This document shows, in pieces, positions 26,321 to 38,890 of a stretch of DNA of 64,000 nucleotides (within the stretch, counting starts at the first letter, position 1; each line of letters starts with the position of its first letter). This DNA comes from Heptranchias perlo. Its lineage: Eukaryota. Made by a program: the position numbers and the translations under genes. The DNA is taken from NCBI RefSeq assembly GCF_035084215.1, contig NC_090330.1, positions 36,394,001 to 36,458,000 on the forward strand, read 5' to 3'. Below the pieces are notes generated by a model. That model ran no database searches, was not told the origin of the DNA, and saw only the letters and a program-made list of their open reading frames with translations.

Positions 26321-27365
26321 TAATATAGGTGTATGTCACAACCTTGAATCCTGTATACTCCAATAAGAAAAGCATGGACACAGTTGAATTGTTTCATACT
26401 TTTTCTTGAAATAATTATGCCTGTGTATACAGGAAACCATACAAGACACCAGAAGGAAAATACAGGGGAAAATGGCGTGGCATAGGGAAAAGTCTCATTA
26501 CAATATGGGAGCACTAACTGACTTGATGTTTGTATTCTTTCTCTATTCACTGATGGGCTGCTAACTTGGGGACAAATGACAAACATTAATATTAACATTT
26601 TTAAAAGAAGCAATTATTATAAAAGATTTCACAGCCTTAAATTTGTGGAAAATTATTTTAATATTCTTTGAATCCTACACCTAAATAAATGTCCACTATA
26701 ATTCTTAAATGATTATGGCCATATTGATACTTCCACAAGTTGCAGTTCAATTTAAAACTGCCCTTCAGAATCAGAATGCAGCACCTTTGGCCACTTTCAT
26801 ACAGTTTTCAGACATATGTTGATCAAGACATTTAAAACTACATTGATATACATCATTATTAACTATTTATTCTGAGAGTTTTAAAGTTTGATCAGATGTA
26901 TACCAAATTGTAAAATTTCCATAATGGCTTTAATGATTCATTATATTCGTAAATAGTTATTCTAAATTTTTTAATTGATATTTTCCATTTTTGCCAAAGG
27001 GCCCCCTAAAATTTAGCCATGAGCTAAAGTGGATACCTTTCTAGCCTATATTGCTGTGGTTCCAAATTGCTTTACTAAAATACTGTAATAAATTTATGGA
27101 ATGTATTCAAACATTAAGATATTAAGCAGATCATCAATCACAAAATCCTGATAGACAATATATAGCTGGATCGAGGATTGATTTTTTATATTTGGTAAAA
27201 ATATTAGATAATCCTTTGTTTTGGAACATCTGCAAAGTGCACTGGATGAAAACAAACAAATAAAAGGGGTGAGAAACTTTCTTTAAATGCTTTTTATAAT
27301 ATCCTAGACTGGTGGGATAAAGTCTTTTTCTGAAGGGATCCTTTTTAACATATTTTGAGAACACT

Positions 27366-27930
27366 GGGCTAGAAATTCAACATCATGACACCTGTTTTAC
27401 GGGACTAAAATGAGTGCAACAATGACAAATATAACAATGGGAAGGCCTGGGTTTGATTTGAGTGTGTGCTCAGACCTCTGCTAATTTCGCAGGGCCTAGT
27501 ATTAGATGGCAACGGTGACACCAGAATGAGTGCAGGTCTCATTTCAATATTGAAATGAGGCTCCTGTAACAATTTCCGGATTTGTGCGCAAAATTGGTTG
27601 CTGCAAGCTCCGACTACCTTTTCAGGCTCTACAGCAGTCTAACCAGTGGTCCTTAAAGAGACAACTGGTGGCCACAGAAGAACTCTGCAGATACGATTTT
27701 TGGAGCCAGGAAGAGCAGGAATGCTGCCGGTCTGCACTCGCATTCCCTCACCTTGGATCTCGGCCAGCACCTGAGCTGGCCCAAATTGGTTAGGTCCCGA
27801 TGATGCGAGCAGAGGAACAATTTAGGATGATCCTTGGGCCTCTGCATTCAGGCACACCTGGGCTGTGTGCCACACGAATTGCGCCAGTTTTAGGAGATGA
27901 TGAAATTGGGGCCATCTAAATCGGGCTCCT
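27366..27930. mobile_element. Harbinger-type MITE
   Basis: Starts gggctagaaattc and ends ctaaatcgggctcc; the start matches the terminus of 20643-21297. Confidence 0.6.
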
Positions 27931-28644
27931 AGTGGTGTGTCCACAATACAAATCCATACATGTTTTTTTACAATAATTGTCACTAAATTAACAGCCTCAC
28001 CCACAGGCCCCAAAAATACCTGATGTGAGAAATGGGAATGTCACTTCATGAAGTGCGGGATGTTCATCTAAGTTTACAGTTAGAGCAGTGTTGTCCAATG
28101 GAAATCGCTAACTAGCCACAGACATGGCTCCAGCTACACCATTTTAACCACATGCACTAATTTTGGTAGAAAATGCCATACACACAATACAGGCAAATGT
28201 ACTTCATGTGTATATTTACTTAACAAACATCTATCACCATTCAGTGCAAAACTTTGCAGTCTTTCTCTTTCACCGAAGTTTGGAATTCTGGCATGGATTT
28301 ATCAGACACCTCACATTCTAGTGCGACTTCTGGGTTTTTGACCAGCAGTTGCGAGTGGTACTTTGACCATCAGAGTGATTGCCGAGAATGTTGACTCGCA
28401 ACATGGCATGCCAGAACCGCCCCTGCTCTCCATTCAGAACGTGGTTAGATCCTGCTCGCCCTTTACAGTGATGTAACCTGTTGGAGCTGCTCGTTATTGA
28501 CTTTATTCTGCTGGCCTGAAGTGGTTATTCCAATTGGTTGAGCTGACCACATGATGACCTCTCCCCTCTGCATACAGTGTTGTTGGTGTTTCCATGATGC
28601 TGAAGTCCGGCGCTTTCATCCCTGTTACACTCCATTTTAGCACA

Positions 28645-30702
28645 GGAACATAGGACATTGGAACATAGGAACAGGAGTAGGCCATTTAGCCCATCGAGCC
28701 TGTTCCGCCATTCAATCTGTGATCTGTGACCTAACTCCATGTACCCGCCTTAGCCCCATATCCCTTAATACTTTTGGTTAACAAAAATCTATTAATCTCA
28801 GACTTAAAATTAACAATTGAGCTCGCATCAACTGCCATTTGCGGAAGAGAGTTCCAAACTTCTACCACCCTTTGCGTATAGAAGTGTTTCCTAACTTCAC
28901 TCCTCAAGGTCCTGGCTTTAATTTTTATGCTATGTCCTCTAGTCCCCAACCAGCAGAAATAGGGTAGATAGAGAGAAACTATCAGTTCCCCTTAATATCT
29001 TGAAAACTTCAATCAAATCACCCTTTAATTTCCTAAATTCCAGGGAAAACAAGCCTAGTTTGTGAATTCTCTCCTTGTAATTTAACCTTTGGGGTCCAGG
29101 TATCATTCTAGTAAATCTCCCTCCAAGGACAATATATCCTTCCTAAGGTGCAGTGCCCAGAACTGTACTCCAGGTGTGGTCTAAGCATGGCTTTGTATAG
29201 CTGTAGCATAACTTCTATTCCCTTGCTATTCTAGTCCTTTAGATATGAAGGCCTACATTCCATTAGCCTTTTTGATTATTTTCTGTACCTGTCCATGGCA
29301 TTTTAATGATCTATGTACATGGACCCCTAAGTCTCTTGGACCTCCACTGTTTTGAGCTTTTCACCATTTAGAAAGTACTCTGATCTATCCTTTTTAGGTC
29401 CAAAGTGGATTACCTCATATTTACAGTGAAATCCATTTGCCACAGTTTTGCCCATTCACTTAATCTATTAATATCTCTCTGTAATTTTATGCTTCCATCT
29501 ACACTGCTTACAATGCTGCCCATTTTTGTGTCATCGGCAAACTTGGATATGTGGCTCTCTATCCCGTCTTTTAAGTTGTTAATAAATACAGTGAATAGTT
29601 GCGGCCCCAACACAAATCCCTGTGGGACACCACGGGGGTGATTTTAGGAGGCAAATGCGGGTGCGTGGGGGCGGGGGGGGTTCCAAAAATCGCAGAAATC
29701 CCATTCGGGTTTGGAAGCCGGCTCCAACCCGCCGGCTTCCGAGTTTCCCAGGGTCCCACCTGTGTGCGCGCGGGCGATCCAAAACTGGAAATCCTGCCAG
29801 CAATTAAAGCTGCGGGATGACAGTTAAAGAGCCAAATGTACCTCATTGACAGATGAAATGATTGGAAAGATTTTTAAATTACCTGGGCGGCTTGCCCACC
29901 ACTTCTGATTCACGCCTGGTCAAACCAGGCCTGAAAGGCCGGATCAGGGAGAAAGAAACTAAATAAATTAAATAAAAAAACATGCAATGAAGTGAAAACA
30001 CTAAGTGCACCTACCTTTGAAACCTGCTCTGATGTCCGATGTCTCCCGTTCCGATGTCCCCCTCTTCACCCTCCCGATGTCCCCCCGATCTCCCCCGATG
30101 TCCCCCCCATCTCACCCTCCCGATCTTCCCCCGATCTTCCCCCAATGTTCCCCCATCTCACCCTCCCAGTCTTCCCCCGATCTCCCCCCGATGTCCCCCT
30201 GATCTCACCCTCCTGATCTTCCCCTCTCCCCCTCCCCCCCCGGTCTTCCCCTCTCCTCCCCCCCACCCGGATCTTCCCGTCTCCTCCCCACGGTCTTCCA
30301 GTCCACCGCCAGATAATGTCCGGCTCTCTCTCTTCCCCCCACCCCTCGCGTTGCAGCTCCTGATGGCAGCTAGCCTGTCAATCAGGCTAGCTGCCGGGCA
30401 TGAAACCCGGAGAGGACCTTAACCACTATCAATCAACATGCGATCACGTCAGAAATGGGTAAGTTTGGTTCATCTGGGTTTGCCACGTGCTCAATCGCAC
30501 CCCCACACTGCCAACCCGCCTCCCTGCTAATATCAGGGCCCACTAGTCACATCCTGCCAATTTGAGTACCTGCCCATTATCCCTACTCTCTATCTCTTGT
30601 CGTTCAGCCAATTTCCTAACCAGGTCAATAATTTGCCCTCAATTCCATGAGCTTCAACTTTAGCTAATAGTCTCATATGAGGGATTTTATTGAATGCCTT
30701 CT
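28645..30702 (-). mobile_element. 5'-truncated CR1 (older subfamily) split by a MITE
   Basis: LGPQLFTVFIN, KFADDTK, KHFYTQRVVEVWNSLP and the tail. Rejoins as gacaccac|tagtcac across 29634-30540. Confidence 0.93.
29634..30540. mobile_element. Harbinger-type non-autonomous element with a 3-bp TSD (CAC)
   Basis: TIR gggggtgattttag / ctaatatcagggcc, with CAC at 29631-29633 and 30541-30543. Internal cccgat(g/c)tc repeats at 30035-30300. Confidence 0.88.
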
Positions 30703-30873
30703 ATCCAGTGACACCTGCTGGGAATTCACGAGCAGAAGTCAGTTGAGGAGAGGATCGGGCTCCACTGTGATATCCCTTGAAGAGCAGTTTACTCTGAACT
30801 ACACGTTGTGGTGTTTGGAGTAATGGAGCAGAACAAAGAAGGCCCAAACTGGATTCCCTTTCCAACTGGAGGA
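30701..30873 (+). repeat. 173-bp copy of 31511-31683
   Basis: Near-identical ctatccagtgacacctgctggg...ggcccaaactggattcc..tcca.ctggagga. Confidence 0.92.
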
Positions 30874-31319
30874 ATGCCTTTATCGAATGCCATTAAAGGA
30901 AACATACAACGATCAAAAAATACTCACATACTCTGCTCTTTGTCCTACCATTTTTCCAACAAATGCACAAAAAGATTAAAGAACACAAATATATGTCGAG
31001 GGAATATAAATATTGAGATCACATGCCCAACGGTGCCTAATACTGATTTTTTATTTACTGACCAAAAATGCAATAAACCAGACACGGATTCCCATTTAGC
31101 CGCACGTGGCTAGCGGCTAACGTATTAGTCAACATCCAGGTAAAGGGAGGTGAAAACATGTGCTATTCTGTATTAACATCCTGTGCTCCATCTGACCATG
31201 CTCATTTCATTTCTCAGTACTGATATTCCATTGTAAACAAATTCACCTCAATAAAAAAATCCAACCTATTTTGTATATATTAAAGATTAAATTGTAGTTC
31301 ATTGTAGCTCCATTGAAAT

Positions 31320-31690
31320 TCCTCCAATGACTCAAGTGAATTTATCCAACAAGTGGTTGAGTCACATACACCAAGAAGGTGCCACTTTTAATTGTTAATC
31401 TACTCTGAGTTAGTTGATCTCGGCCAGAGTGGTGGGAGAGGTGCTACAATTGGCACTCAGCTCCCTGGGCTAGCAGGGGGAAATCTGTCAGGGAGTTCTA
31501 TTCCTGTTTACTATCCAGTGACACCTGCTGGGAGTTCACAAGCAGAAGTCAGTTGAGGAGAGGATCGGGCTTTACTGTGATATCCCTCGCAGAGCAGTTT
31601 ACTCTGAACGACACGTTGTGGTGTTTGGAGTAATGGAGCAGAACAAAGAAGGCCCAAACTGGATTCCATTTCCAGCTGGAGGATTCAAGT
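31320..31690 (+). mobile_element. SINE, same family as 16640
   Basis: ctgagttagttgatctc, tacaattggc, ctatccagtgac and aggatcgggct. Confidence 0.65.
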
Positions 31691-32865
31691 TGATGAAATA
31701 ATGTGGGGGAGGTGGGATGAGAGCAATTAAAATATATAATAAAAAGGGATGGGCTTAAAGCTGGGATGCAATAAAGTAATGGCCAGTAGGGAACTCAAAA
31801 CAATTATATTGCTGCATTAGTGACAAAAAAAGAAAAATATTAGGGGCTTAATTTTACACTTGGCAAACTCTCAATAATCTAAAAAATGATTCAAGCCAGA
31901 TATAGTTAGAATATAAATCACAAATAAAGATTTAGTATTTAACATAATAGTTAATAATAATTCAGAAAGGTTTTATACTGCCTTTGGATAAAATGATAGA
32001 TTTTCACATTAGCATGCTCATGGAGCATTTTTGCATTAGCAAACAAAACACCCATATCTCCTCATGTCAGATCCAAGATAATCTATCTGCTTTTTTGGCA
32101 GCAGCATGCACTGTATTTTAAACTAATCCCGGAATTGTGGCTATAAATCAAGAAAAGTTCATGCCAAATAGAAAGTGAAAAGCCAACTGTTAATACTTAT
32201 TAAGGGTGGCAACATGCACAATGCATGGTATCAAACCCTTTGTAAATCATGCAGTCATCTGGAGCATCAACAACAGAACTTTCCGGCACAAAGCGTTAGA
32301 ATACCAACATATGGCACCACACATTGGGGCAACTCAGATTTCGTTCCCAGCCTGCTGATCTTCCAATCTCAGATGTGCTGCCATGGACAGATATTGAAAA
32401 ATGATGAACGTTTTAGTACCGATTATTACCAGCACTACTAAGGAGTGGTAGGATGTGGGTTATCAGCATTGCCCAACTGAAGACCTGGAAATAGGTCACC
32501 CACTTACAATATCAACTGTAAAGCATGTGCGACCTGGTGAAACCCAAAGGGAAAAAAAACAAGGACATAAAAGTAAAGAGTAACATCCCCTCAAAACTAT
32601 CTTTAAAATCTTCAACTTGAATTCAAAATAATGATCAAAAAAGAGAGAATAAATTGAGGAACACCTTTGCAATCGAGTGGACCATCCCTCTCTGCACATA
32701 GGAACATGAGTAGGCCATTCTGCCCCTCAGGCCTGTTCTGCCATTCTAATAGATCGTGGTTGATCTGTATGTCAAAAAGTTACATTCTATCAATAGATAT
32801 TAAGAATACATGGTATACAAGTTAACATCATGGCAGTTATTACCGTTGTTCCTAATATTTATCCC

Positions 32866-34532
32866 TCTTCAGCCAGAAGTGCCGAGTGGCTGATCCATCT
32901 CGGCCTCCTCCCAATATCCCCACCATCACAGTCTTCAGCCAATTTGATTCACTTCACATGATATCAAGAAACGGCCGAGTGCACTGGATGCAGCAAAGGC
33001 TATGGGCCCTGACAACATCCCGGTTGTAGTGCTGAAGACTTGTGCTCCAGAACTAGCCGCACCTCTAGCTAAACTGTTCCAGTACAGCTACAACATTGGC
33101 ATCTACCCGACAATGTGGAAAATTGCCCAGGTATGTCCTGTCCACAAAAAGCAGGACAAATCTAATCCGGCCAATTACCGCCCCATCAGTGTACTCTCAA
33201 TCATCAGCAAAGTGATGGAAGGTGTCGTCGACAGTGCTATCAAACGGCACTTACTCACCAATAACCTGCTCACCGATGCTCAGTTTGGGTTCCGCCAGGA
33301 CCACTCGGCTCCAGACCTCATTACAGCCTTGGTCCAAACATGGACAAAATAGCTGAATTCCAGAGGTGAGGTGAGAGTGAGCATTTGACCGAGTGTGGCA
33401 CTAAGGAGCCCTAGTAAGATTGAAGTCAATGGGAATCTGGGGGAAAACTCTCCAGTGGCTGGAGTCATACCTAGCACAAACGAAGGTGGTAGTGGTTGTT
33501 GGAGGCCAATCATCTCAGCCTCAGGAAATTGCTGCAGGAGTTCCTCAGGGCAGTGTCCTAGGCCCAACCATCTTCAGCTGCTTCATCAATGACCTTCCCT
33601 CCATCATAAGATCAGAAATGGCGATGTTCGCTGATGATTGCACAGTGTTCAGTTCCATTCGCAACCCCTCAGATAATGAAGCAGTCCGAGCCCGCATGCA
33701 GCTTGACCTGGACAACATCCAGGCTTGGGCTGATAAGTGGCAAGTAACATTCACGCCAGACAAGTACCAGGCAATGACCATCTCCAACAAGAGAGAATCT
33801 AACCACCTCCCCTTGACATTCAATGGCATTACCATCGCTGAATCCCCCACCATCAACATCCTGGGGGTCACCATTCACAAGAAACGTAACTGGACCAGCC
33901 ATATAAATAATGTGGCTACAAGAGCAGGTCAGAGGCTGGGTATTCTGTGGCGAGTGACTCACCTCCTGACTCCCCAAAGCCTTTCCACCATCTACAAGGC
34001 ACAAGTCAGGAGTGTGATGGAATACTCTCCACTTGCCTAGATGAGTGCAGCTCCAACAACACTCAAGAAGCTCGACACCATCCAGGGCAAAGCAGCCCGG
34101 TTGATTGGCACCCCATCCACCACCCTAAACATTTACTCCCTTTACCACTGGCGCACCGTGGCTGCAGTGTGTACAATCCACAGGATGCACTGCAGCAACT
34201 CGCCAAGGCTTCTTCGACAGCACCTCCCAAACCCGCGACCTCTACCACCTAGAAGGACAAGGGCAGCAGGCATAAGGGAACAACACCACCTGCATGTTCC
34301 CCCCAAGTCACACGCCATCCCAACTTGGAAATATATCGCCGTTACTTCATCGTCACTGGGTCAAAATCCTGGAACTCCCCTCCTAACAGCACTGTGGGAG
34401 AACCTTCACCACATGGACTGCAGCGGTTCAAGAAGACGGCTCATCACCACCTTCTCAAGGGCAATTAGGGATGGGCAATAACATGATGGCCTTGCCAGCG
34501 ACGCCCACATCCCATGAACGAATAAAAAAAAA
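32866..34532 (+). mobile_element. Second CR1-clade LINE family, 5'-truncated RT with an A-rich end
   Basis: GPDNIP..VLK, NYRPIS.LS, QFGFR, GVPQGSVLGP, MFADD and QVRSVMEYSP. Ends gaataaaaaaaaa. Confidence 0.93.
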
Positions 34533-34569
34533 TTCAGAGAACGCACAGCGCTGACACTATCGAGTTCCG

Positions 34570-35545
34570 GTAGGAAGATGTGAGGCCATGGAGGGATTTC
34601 AACATGAGGGTGAGAATTTTAAAATCAATGTGTTGGTGGACCGGGAGCCAATGTAGGTCAGTGAGCATAGGGGTGATGGGTGAATGGGACTTGGTGCGAG
34701 TTAGGATAAGTGCAGCAGTGTTTTGGATGAGTTCAAGAGGGTGGCAGATGGGAGGCCGGCCAGAAGAGCACTGGAATTGTCGAGTCTGAAGGTAACAAAG
34801 GCATGGATGAGACTTTCAGCAGATGAGTTGAGGCAGGGGCTGAAACGGGCACTGTTGTGGAGGTGGAAGTAGGTGGTCTTTGTGATGGAGTGGATATGGG
34901 GTCAGAAGCTCAGCTCAGGGTCAGTGAGGATACCAAGATTGCGAACGGTCTGTTTCAGCCTAAGACAGTGGCCAGGGAGGGGGTGGAATCAGTAGCGAGG
35001 GAAAGGAGTTTGTGGCAGGGACAGAAGGCAATGTCTTTGGTCTTCCCAATGTTTAATTGGAGGAATTTGCAGTTCATCCAAGACTGGATGTTGGACAAGC
35101 AGTCTGACAACGCAGAGGCAGTGGAGGGGTCGAGAGAGGTGGTGGTGGTGGTGGTGGTGGTGAGGTAGAGCTGGGTGTTGTCAATATACAGGTGGAACCA
35201 GACATAATTTCTTCGGATGATATTGTCAAGGTGCAGCATGTAGCTGGGAAATAGGAGGGGGCCAAGGATAGATCCACAGGGGACTCCAGAGGTAACGGTG
35301 GGGGGGCGGGAAGAGAAGCCATTGGAGGAGATTCTCTGGCTACGACTGGATAGATAATAGTGGAACAAAGCAAGGGCATTTCCACAAGGCTGGACAATGG
35401 AGGAGAGATATGGAGAAGGATGGTGTGGTTAACCCTGTTTAAAAACTAATGAAATAAAGATGAGGAGAAATAGTGCACCACGGCCACAGTCACAGAGGAT
35501 GTACTAATGACTTTGATTAGGGTCAAAACCTAATTGGAGAGTTTC
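34570..35545 (-). mobile_element. L2 LINE RT fragment
   Basis: YLSSRSQ, GVPCGSILGPLLF, FHLYIDNTQLYL, CLSNIQSWM..FLQLNIGKT; (ACC)n expansion near 35140. Confidence 0.88.
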
Positions 35546-37584
35546 AAACATGGAGTTGCTGGAAAATGGCAGACAGGAATGGGGCCAATGAACAGCAGCG
35601 CTGCCTTCTACTCCACAGCTGCAGATAAAACACAGTCTCTTTTGGAATACAGGCGATAGCTGTTGGGAATTGCAGGCAATACAAACTGCTTTCTCTTCTT
35701 CATTCAAAAAAAGAGATCTCAAGGTAACTATGGATGAGCAAGGCCATTTGGCTCGATTTGAATCCAGTGTTGATTCCTCTTTGTGTGAAGAATGATTTCT
35801 TGATATCATTCCTACATTTGAAACGATGTTGATTTCCCCTCTATTCGCGATCCTCCTTGTGGCCTTTCTGTGCATTGACCACAGCACATCAGTAGCTCCC
35901 TTGTGCATCAGTGACCAGCAAGGGAGTTAAGATGTGGTCTGATTAGCAGCTTCCTGGGCTTTCCTTATAAAAACCACCCGCATGACCCCTCTGTGGCCCT
36001 GATCATTCTGCTGGCAGGGCATCCACCAGAATCAAATGAACAGAGGGGGGATGGCTAAATGCAAGCACACAGGGGTGTGATTCTGGAACATAAATTTGAC
36101 CGGGAGTCATGTCTACTATGTTGAAACTGTAATTTCTAAGCAGTCAAGGCTACTTTGTAAGACTGCCATCTATGCAAGCAGTAACTGAGGCCAGAAGTGA
36201 CAACAGCTCTTATACCCTCCTTCTAATGTCTGGCTGACGGCTACATTGATCTCCTGGACTGCCAGTCACCTGGGTTTTCCTTATTTCATGTCCTGCCTCC
36301 CTCATTGCATTGCAGATGCAGGTTCTAGACTCCTCCAATTGTCCCACCATCACCACCACGAGAGTGGAGACTGTCTCCACTGCCTTCCTGCAAGGTCAAT
36401 GTTCCTGAATCATTGATCTTTAACAGCCTAGACCCCTGAGATCTTGGTCTTAGAATCCTCAACTGAGGGCTCTTGCTTATGTCACCCCTGAGGGGAGACA
36501 GATGCCTCCTCAAATTTGCCTCCTCCTCCTCACTGTTGTTCTGGGATCCAGACAGTAATATCTTCACTTAGTCAGTAATACCACCTCCCCGAATGGGTGT
36601 ATCTGAGCCAGTGCTTGAGCAAACAAGATGTCACGACAGAATGGGTGGATCAAATGCAGGAAGGGTCCTTCTGGAGGCACCAGGCTGCGATGCACCTTTC
36701 TGTAAGCATTCAGCACCATCGAGGGATGCAAAGGACAACCAACCTTATAAGGTGTGTTATAAGATTGCAACGCTCTTCAGTAGCACAGTGTTTCCCTGCA
36801 CCTCATCGAGAGCTGACTGCTGCCATCATAAAGGCTTTACAGTGATTCTCACTGAGTTTTGGCCCTTGCCCACCCAGAGGTGGGTGGTGATCGTTGAAGT
36901 GTCATGCACCAAGATACCAAGAGAACTCAGTGAGGAGACACAAAGCTAGTTCTGTCGCCAGGCAGAGAAGCAGCACTGTAGCTACTTCCCTGGTTTAGGG
37001 TTGACCAAACGGACAAGCAGGTGAATTATGCACCTATGAGGACTCAGCCAGTCTGGCAAGCCAGGCCCCACTCTACAGAGGGCTGCAAGGCACCAACTTG
37101 TGCCAGTCGTTGTGAACCTCGAATCATGCCTGGCACACTATCAGCATGATCTGTAAAAACTCCCACGAAACTCCCATCTATGAGAAGTGAGGCCTCCACA
37201 TTGAGCAATCTCCCACCACGCTTTGACTCTGAAAACACTCTACACCAGACCAACCCAGCAATTGACTTGTGGACCCCTTCAAATATGTGACCCCATGAAC
37301 GGGCACTGCAAGATAATGCGGGATTGGCGGGGGGGGGTGTAGCTGTTTCCCTGAGGCTGAATTTGACAAATCCAGAGCATTGACTATTTTACTCCTTCCT
37401 CCCCCCACCATGGCCAGCTGTATCGGCTGCATTTTTGGTGCTTGGCCTTCAGTCTACGGGCCGCACTTTTAGTGAACGGCAGTGAGGAGAGCCCAGTGCA
37501 GTGCGCATGCACTACCAGATCGGCTTCCCGCGCAGCATGTCAGCGAAAGAGGAAGTCCTCATTCCCTGTCAATATACACAGGGT

Positions 37585-38708
37585 TGATAAAGTACCACAC
37601 AACAGACTTATTTGCAAAAATAAAAACACAATGTATTAAAGGGACAGTGGTAACTTAGGCACGTAAATGGCTAAGAGATGGGAGATACAGAGTTGTGGTG
37701 AACGAATGTTTTTCTGACTGGAGAGAAGTATGCAGTGGGTTCCCGCAGGGATCGCTATTAGGACCATTGCTTTTCTTGTTATATATAAATGACCAGGAAT
37801 TGGCTATAGGGAGTTCAATTTTGAAGTTTGCAGAAGATACAAAACTTGGCAACGGAGTAAACAGTGAGCAGGATAGTAGTAGACTTCAGGCGGACATTAA
37901 ACAGGCTGGTAAGATGAGCAGACACATGGCAGAGTCAATATAATGCAGATGCACTTTGGGAGGAACAAAATGGAGAGGCAGTATAATCTAAATGATACTA
38001 TTTTGAGGGGGTGCAAGAGCAGAGGGACCTGGGGGTGCATATTCACAAATCTTTAAAGGTGGCAGGGCAAGTTGATAAGGCGGTTAAGAAAGCATATGGG
38101 ATACTTGGCTTTGTAAATAGGGGCATTGAATATAAAAACAAGGAAGTCATGCTAAACCTTTATAAATCACTGGTAAGGCCTCAGCTGGAGTATTGTGTAC
38201 AATTCTGGGCACCACACTTTAGGAAGGATATCAAGGCCTTAGAGAAGGTGCAGAGGAGGTTTACCAGGGATGAGGGACTTCAGTTATGTGGAGAGATTGG
38301 ACAAGCTGGGAATGTTCTCCTTAGAGCAGAGAAGGTTAAGGGGAGACCTAATAAAGGTATTCAAAATAATGAGGGATTTTGATAGAGCAAACAGGGAGAA
38401 ACCATTTCCTCTGGCAAGTGGGTCGGTAACCAGAGGTCATAGATTTAAAATAAATGGCAAAAGAACTAGAGCAGAATTGAGGAGAAATCTTTTCATAGAG
38501 GGTTGTTAAGATCTGGAACGGACAGCCTGAAAGGGTGGTGGAAGCAGATTCCAAAGGAACTTTCAATTGGACATGTACTTGAAGAGGACTAACTTGTTAT
38601 TGGGAAAAGTTGGGTGTCGGGCTAAATTGGACAGCTCTTTCAAAGAGCCGGCACAGGCATGATCGGCCAAATGGCCTCCTTCTGAGCTGTAAGATTCTAT
38701 GATTCTAC
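37585..38708 (+). mobile_element. CR1 3' portion
   Basis: GFPQGSLLGPLLF, KFAEDTK, RPQLEYCVQFWAP and a gattctatgattcta tail. Confidence 0.92.
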
Positions 38709-38890
38709 ATCAACAGCCCACAGAGTTCTGGCAACTCAGATTTTCTTAATGATTTCCTGTAAATTCCTAATAATGTTTTATCTCCTTTTGTTAAATATTG
38801 CACTGTAATTTAGAAATTATTCAATTTACATTGAGTTACATCGTGTCTACACCACAGAAACTGGTCTATGCCAGTGTTTATGCCGCACAT

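Larger units (their letters stand above)
28087..31136. mobile_element. Putative hAT-like non-autonomous DNA element hosting a CR1
   Basis: Left end cagtgttgtccaat..ctagccac; right end gtggctagc..attagtcaaca, a degenerate inverted match. Confidence 0.5.

Noticed and set aside
26092-26613. Hydrophobic 173-aa membrane-protein-like ORF
   Set aside because: It is the antisense of an A/G-rich low-complexity tract.
29992-30422. Proline-rich ORFs
   Set aside because: They are translations of C-rich internal repeats of the MITE.
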